This document shows positions 60,187-64,000 of a stretch of 64,000 nucleotides of DNA, one piece after another. The translations under genes and the position numbers were made by a program. The stretch covers positions 1-64,000 of the forward strand of contig CAZCME010000019.1 of NCBI GenBank assembly GCA_964499705.1. The letters run 5' to 3'. Each line of letters starts with the position of its first letter. Position 1 is the stretch's first letter. Source of the DNA: an uncultured bacterium. Its GTDB lineage: Bacteria > UBA8481. Below the pieces are notes generated by a model that saw only the letters and a program-made list of their open reading frames with translations, did not search any database and was not told the DNA's origin.

Positions 60187-63100
60187 CGTATCACCGCGAT
60201 CTTGCCCGACACTCTCTGTCCCGTTGCAAGATCCGTCACCACGTAGATGTAATATCCCGAGGCGACTTTCTCTCCGCTGCCGCTGTTCCGGACGTTCCAT
60301 GTCACAAAGCCGTCGTTGACGGCGGTAGTCCTGTCGAAAATTCTTTCCCCTCGAAGCGTGTACACCTCGATGCGCACCCGCGCCGGGAGATTGTCGAAGA
60401 CGATTCCCGTGACGCGAGGTTCGGCGGGATCATACTCGCGGCCGGTCGCCTCGCTCCGGTCGTTCGGCCGGAATGGATTCGGATAGACCATGAACCGGGC
60501 TAGGCTCGACTGGTTCCCGGGGCCGCCGCTGCCGGGATTGGGGGCGACGAGGAGGAATGTCGAGAAGCGGTCGGTCCTTGCGGTGATCATCCTATTAACA
60601 GTATCGACAGAAAGGATCGTCAACGGACGGCTGTCGATATCGCCGGCGGAGGCGGCGCGCAGGACGAGACTCTCCGGCTTGACCAGCGTGCCGGGGATGT
60701 AACCGGACTCGTTCAACTTCGGATAGCTGATGGTGACCTGCGCGAACTGGCCGTTGCGAAGAGTTGTCTGGCCGCCCGGGAGCGACACGACAAGAGCGAA
60801 TCCGACGGCGGAGTCGCGGCCGATCGCGGCGTCGATCTGGTCCTGGCTGCCGGAACCGATCGCCAGTGAGAATGCCGTTCCCGATCCCGTGTTGCTCTTC
60901 CGCGCCGCGGCGCCCTGGATGAGGATGCGGGCGTGGGATGTATCGGCGGTTTCGTTCAACGAGTCTTTCGGGAAGACGACGTTGCCGGTCGTATCGCGGC
61001 CGTTGGTGAGGTCGACGCGATTTTCGCGGCGTGAATCGATCCGTCGTTCGGCGGCGGCGGTGTCGGCACCCTCTCCGGTCGTTAGCTCCGAATCGGAGCT
61101 TCCCGACGATTCCATCTCGATGAGGTTGGCGACGGAAAGCGCCGTGGAGCTGTCGCCGTCGCGCTCCGTCGTGATGGCGCGAATCTCGTAGAAGCCGTCG
61201 TTGATCGTCGTGTCCGAGAGCGAATCCCAATGGATGCCGTAGAGGGTCTTCGATTCGTCTCCGATGAACATCGGATTCTGCGACGGGCCTCCCGACGTCG
61301 GCCTCATGTTCCACCAGATCGTTCCGGATTCCGGACGGAACTGGAACGTGAGCGTGTCGACATGCTTCCGGAAGTCGTCGCCGACGAGTCGGGCCATGAT
61401 CTGGATTCCACCGTTGCGCTCGACTTTCCTTCCCGCGTCGGGATTGAAGATGACGGCGTACGCCATCGTGGGGGCGGAGGAACGGGTCTGGGCGCCGACG
61501 CTGACGTTTGATAGGTCTTCGTTTCCGGAATTGTCCTGAGCTTTGACTCTGAAGCGATACCATGTTCCGCTCTGAAGAATCGTGTCCGTCGATGTTGAAT
61601 TCGAATACGAATCCGCTCCGGTGTGCGGGACGATCTTGAAGAGCGTGTCAGGCGACGACGTGCTTCGACCTTCATTCCAGTAGATGTTGTACTGGCCGCC
61701 GGAGTCGATATCGAAGGAAGGCGATTTCGACCAGGTGAGAGTGATTCCTCCTGCGTTGTCGGGCGACGCCATGAGATCGGCGACGGGCAGGGGCGCGGTT
61801 GTTTCGGCGGGCGCGGGCCTCTGGAAGCTGTCCGCCGCGGACCAGGAGCTCTGATTGTTCGCAGTGTCGATCGCGGCGGCGCGCCAGTGGAAAACCCCGG
61901 AGTCGTCGAAGACATATGTCGGCGAGAAGATCGCGATGGTCCCGCTGATGGTCGCGCTCGATATCTGCGTCGTGACCATGACGGAGAAACTCTCGACGCG
62001 GGAAGCCTGAAAGACGTAGCGGACGGTCGTGTCCGGGCCGGTATCGGCGACGGCTGCGACGCGGAAGCTGGGCGTCGTCACGGTCGTGCTCGTTCCGTTT
62101 CGCGGAGCGAGGATGGCTGGCGCGGGTGGCGGCGTGGAGTCGAAGCGGATGGCGATCGTATCGCTCCATGATCCGAAAGTTCCCGCGTTCGATCTCGCCC
62201 GCACGCGCGTGATATAGGTGGTCTCTGCGAAGTTATTGATGCTGGCCGAATACGACGTCGCGCTGGTGATGAAACTGGTGTCGGCAACGGTCGAGTCCAA
62301 AAGTGTCGAGATGCGGAGATTGTAGCCGTTTAGTCCGGAGGCAGGGAGCGAACCGGATGCGACCCACGAGAATGTCGTCGGCCCCGGCCGCGCGATCAGG
62401 TTGGCCACCGGCGCCGTGAAGGACGGCTTCGGTGGCGGAGAGGTTTCGAGCGTGAAGTTGGCGACGCCGGAGAAACTGGAGACATTGCCGAGCGTATCCT
62501 CGGCGGCGACACGCCAGTACCAGGTACCCGCAGAAAAACCTGCGCCGCTGGAAGCGCTTGTCGTGTCGGCCGTCGCGGTCGAGATCGGGATCGTCGCGAA
62601 TGTGGAATCCGCGGACGCATGGAGAATATAGCGCTTGAGCGGCGCGCCGAGGTTCGCGGCGTCGGTCCAGTCGAAGCTGATCGTCGTATCGCCGACGAAT
62701 TGACCTGAGATCGGACTGACCGGGACGGGCACGGACGGCGGCACGGAGATGATTTGGAAAGTATCGAATACCGAAGCGGTCGTGTTGCCGGCGGTATCCT
62801 CCGCGACGACGCGCCAGTACCACGTGTTCTGGCTGAAGCCGGCCACGACGATCGTCGCGGATGTTCCCTCGCCCGTGAGAACAGGCGACGAGAATGTTCC
62901 CGATGTATCGACCTGGACAATATAGCGCCGGAGGCCGCTGACGGACGCGCCCGTTCCGGAGTCGGAACTGGCCGTGAACCGGAACGCGACCGTTCCGACC
63001 GACGTGTCCTCGCCGCTTGTGGGCCTGATGAGCGGCGAGGGCGCCGCCGGCGGCACCGTGTCCGTGATGACGGCGCGTGTCGTCTGCGACAGAGTCTGGT

Positions 63101-64000
63101 TCGACGATCCGTCGATCGCGATGACTCTCCAGTACAGAACGGCGTTGGCCGGGAGTGGCAGCGACTTTGTATCGATGGAAGACGCGACGGTCGTGTCGTG
63201 GAGCATGCTGGCGAACGCGGAGTCGTCATCGACCTGGATCCGGTACTGCGATACTCCGGACGGCGTGTCCGTCGTGAGCGCCCACTGGAACGTTACGGAC
63301 GCCACGTTGGTGTAGGAATTATTTCCGGGTTCCATGAGCGAGAAGGAAGAAGGCGGGCTCGTGTCGACGATGACTCCTCCCGTATCGATGGTGACGCTTC
63401 GCCAGTTCGATGTGTCCGAATTGCCGGCGGTATCGGCGGCGATCACGCGCCAATAATACGTATTACCGGCCAGTGTTGCGCCAGGCTGGAAGGACGTGGC
63501 CTTCTGCGTCGATGCGAGGACAATCGTGGGTACGATTGTGTCCGTCGCGAGCTGGAACGTGAATGTATCCTTGTGGACGCCGGTCATGTTCGAGAGCCAG
63601 AGGAAGACGGGACGGGAGTCGGATGTTGTTGTGGCGTCGGGGGGCGAGAAGAGCGCGACGGTGCAGATCGTGTCGGTGGAGAGAATGCGCGACGACGAGT
63701 TCGTCGTGAGGCTCGCGGCGTTGGTGACAAGAATTCGCCAGTAGTACGTTGCGTTCGCGTTGAGAGTCCTGGTGGTCGACGTCGCCAGTCCGTTGGCGGA
63801 ATCGATCGCGGGTGAGGTGAAGGACGAGGATGTGTCAATCTGGAGCCGATAGCCGGCAATCGTCGAGAAGGAATCGGTGGACGCGCTCCATGAGAATGTG
63901 AACGTTGTGGAACGCGTCTCGACCCTGTCTTCCGGCGCGAGGAGTGTCGGTGCGGTCGGACCGGCACCGATAATCGTGAGCCGCTTCGAATCCGAGGCCG
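60183..64000 (-). CDS. C-terminal part of a second large surface protein paralogous to 31313-50110 (5' end outside the window)
   Basis: The frame stays open to the window end (ASDSKRLTIIGAGP aligns with ASDSRILTIAGSGP). Colinear FN3-like domains and the same C-terminal domain ending GKIAVIR. Confidence 0.9.
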   Translation of the reverse strand, partial: ASDSKRLTIIGAGPTAPTLLAPEDRVETRSTTFTFSWSASTDSFSTIAGYRLQIDTSSSFTSPAIDSANGLATSTTRTLNANATYYWRILVTNAASLTTNSSSRILSTDTICTVALFSPPDATTTSDSRPVFLWLSNMTGVHKDTFTFQLATDTIVPTIVLASTQKATSFQPGATLAGNTYYWRVIAADTAGNSDTSNWRSVTIDTGGVIVDTSPPSSFSLMEPGNNSYTNVASVTFQWALTTDTPSGVSQYRIQVDDDSAFASMLHDTTVASSIDTKSLPLPANAVLYWRVIAIDGSSNQTLSQTTRAVITDTVPPAAPSPLIRPTSGEDTSVGTVAFRFTASSDSGTGASVSGLRRYIVQVDTSGTFSSPVLTGEGTSATIVVAGFSQNTWYWRVVAEDTAGNTTASVFDTFQIISVPPSVPVPVSPISGQFVGDTTISFDWTDAANLGAPLKRYILHASADSTFATIPISTATADTTSASSGAGFSAGTWYWRVAAEDTLGNVSSFSGVANFTLETSPPPKPSFTAPVANLIARPGPTTFSWVASGSLPASGLNGYNLRISTLLDSTVADTSFITSATSYSASINNFAETTYITRVRARSNAGTFGSWSDTIAIRFDSTPPPAPAILAPRNGTSTTVTTPSFRVAAVADTGPDTTVRYVFQASRVESFSVMVTTQISSATISGTIAIFSPTYVFDDSGVFHWRAAAIDTANNQSSWSAADSFQRPAPAETTAPLPVADLMASPDNAGGITLTWSKSPSFDIDSGGQYNIYWNEGRSTSSPDTLFKIVPHTGADSYSNSTSTDTILQSGTWYRFRVKAQDNSGNEDLSNVSVGAQTRSSAPTMAYAVIFNPDAGRKVERNGGIQIMARLVGDDFRKHVDTLTFQFRPESGTIWWNMRPTSGGPSQNPMFIGDESKTLYGIHWDSLSDTTINDGFYEIRAITTERDGDSSTALSVANLIEMESSGSSDSELTTGEGADTAAAERRIDSRRENRVDLTNGRDTTGNVVFPKDSLNETADTSHARILIQGAAARKSNTGSGTAFSLAIGSGSQDQIDAAIGRDSAVGFALVVSLPGGQTTLRNGQFAQVTISYPKLNESGYIPGTLVKPESLVLRAASAGDIDSRPLTILSVDTVNRMITARTDRFSTFLLVAPNPGSGGPGNQSSLARFMVYPNPFRPNDRSEATGREYDPAEPRVTGIVFDNLPARVRIEVYTLRGERIFDRTTAVNDGFVTWNVRNSGSGEKVASGYYIYVVTDLATGQRVSGKIAVIR

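Overview
GC-rich bacterial chromosomal window from an organism that probably has an outer membrane (PorV-like barrels) and flagella (flgM with a sigma-28 promoter). The lineage cannot be assigned from sequence alone. The left half (1-30 kb) is mostly housekeeping: PLD-family enzyme, PTS IIA, gatCAB, flgM, DinG helicase, CoA-transferase, tRNA-Lys(CTT), a pilin-like gene coupled to a diguanylate cyclase, recA, Xaa-Pro peptidase, prepilin peptidase, STAS protein, RNase D, queD, a MurC-like ligase and sodA. Around recA there is an unusual non-coding cluster: a nested double palindrome upstream, a Leu-bodied tRNA with an Asp (GTC) anticodon downstream, and two tandem promoter-hairpin-terminator units. 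The right half (30-64 kb, all minus strand) is a surface-protein locus. It holds two paralogous cassettes, each a large beta-helix/FN3-type protein with a T9SS-like C-terminal domain (one complete at 6265 aa, one truncated by the window edge) translationally coupled to its own PorV-like beta-barrel. Between them lie two NHL/IPT paralogues, a Pro-rich secreted protein and a Crp/Fnr regulator. Both PorV-like genes carry a different palindromic repeat in frame in the signal-peptide region. All calls come from motif recognition by eye; no database searches were run.
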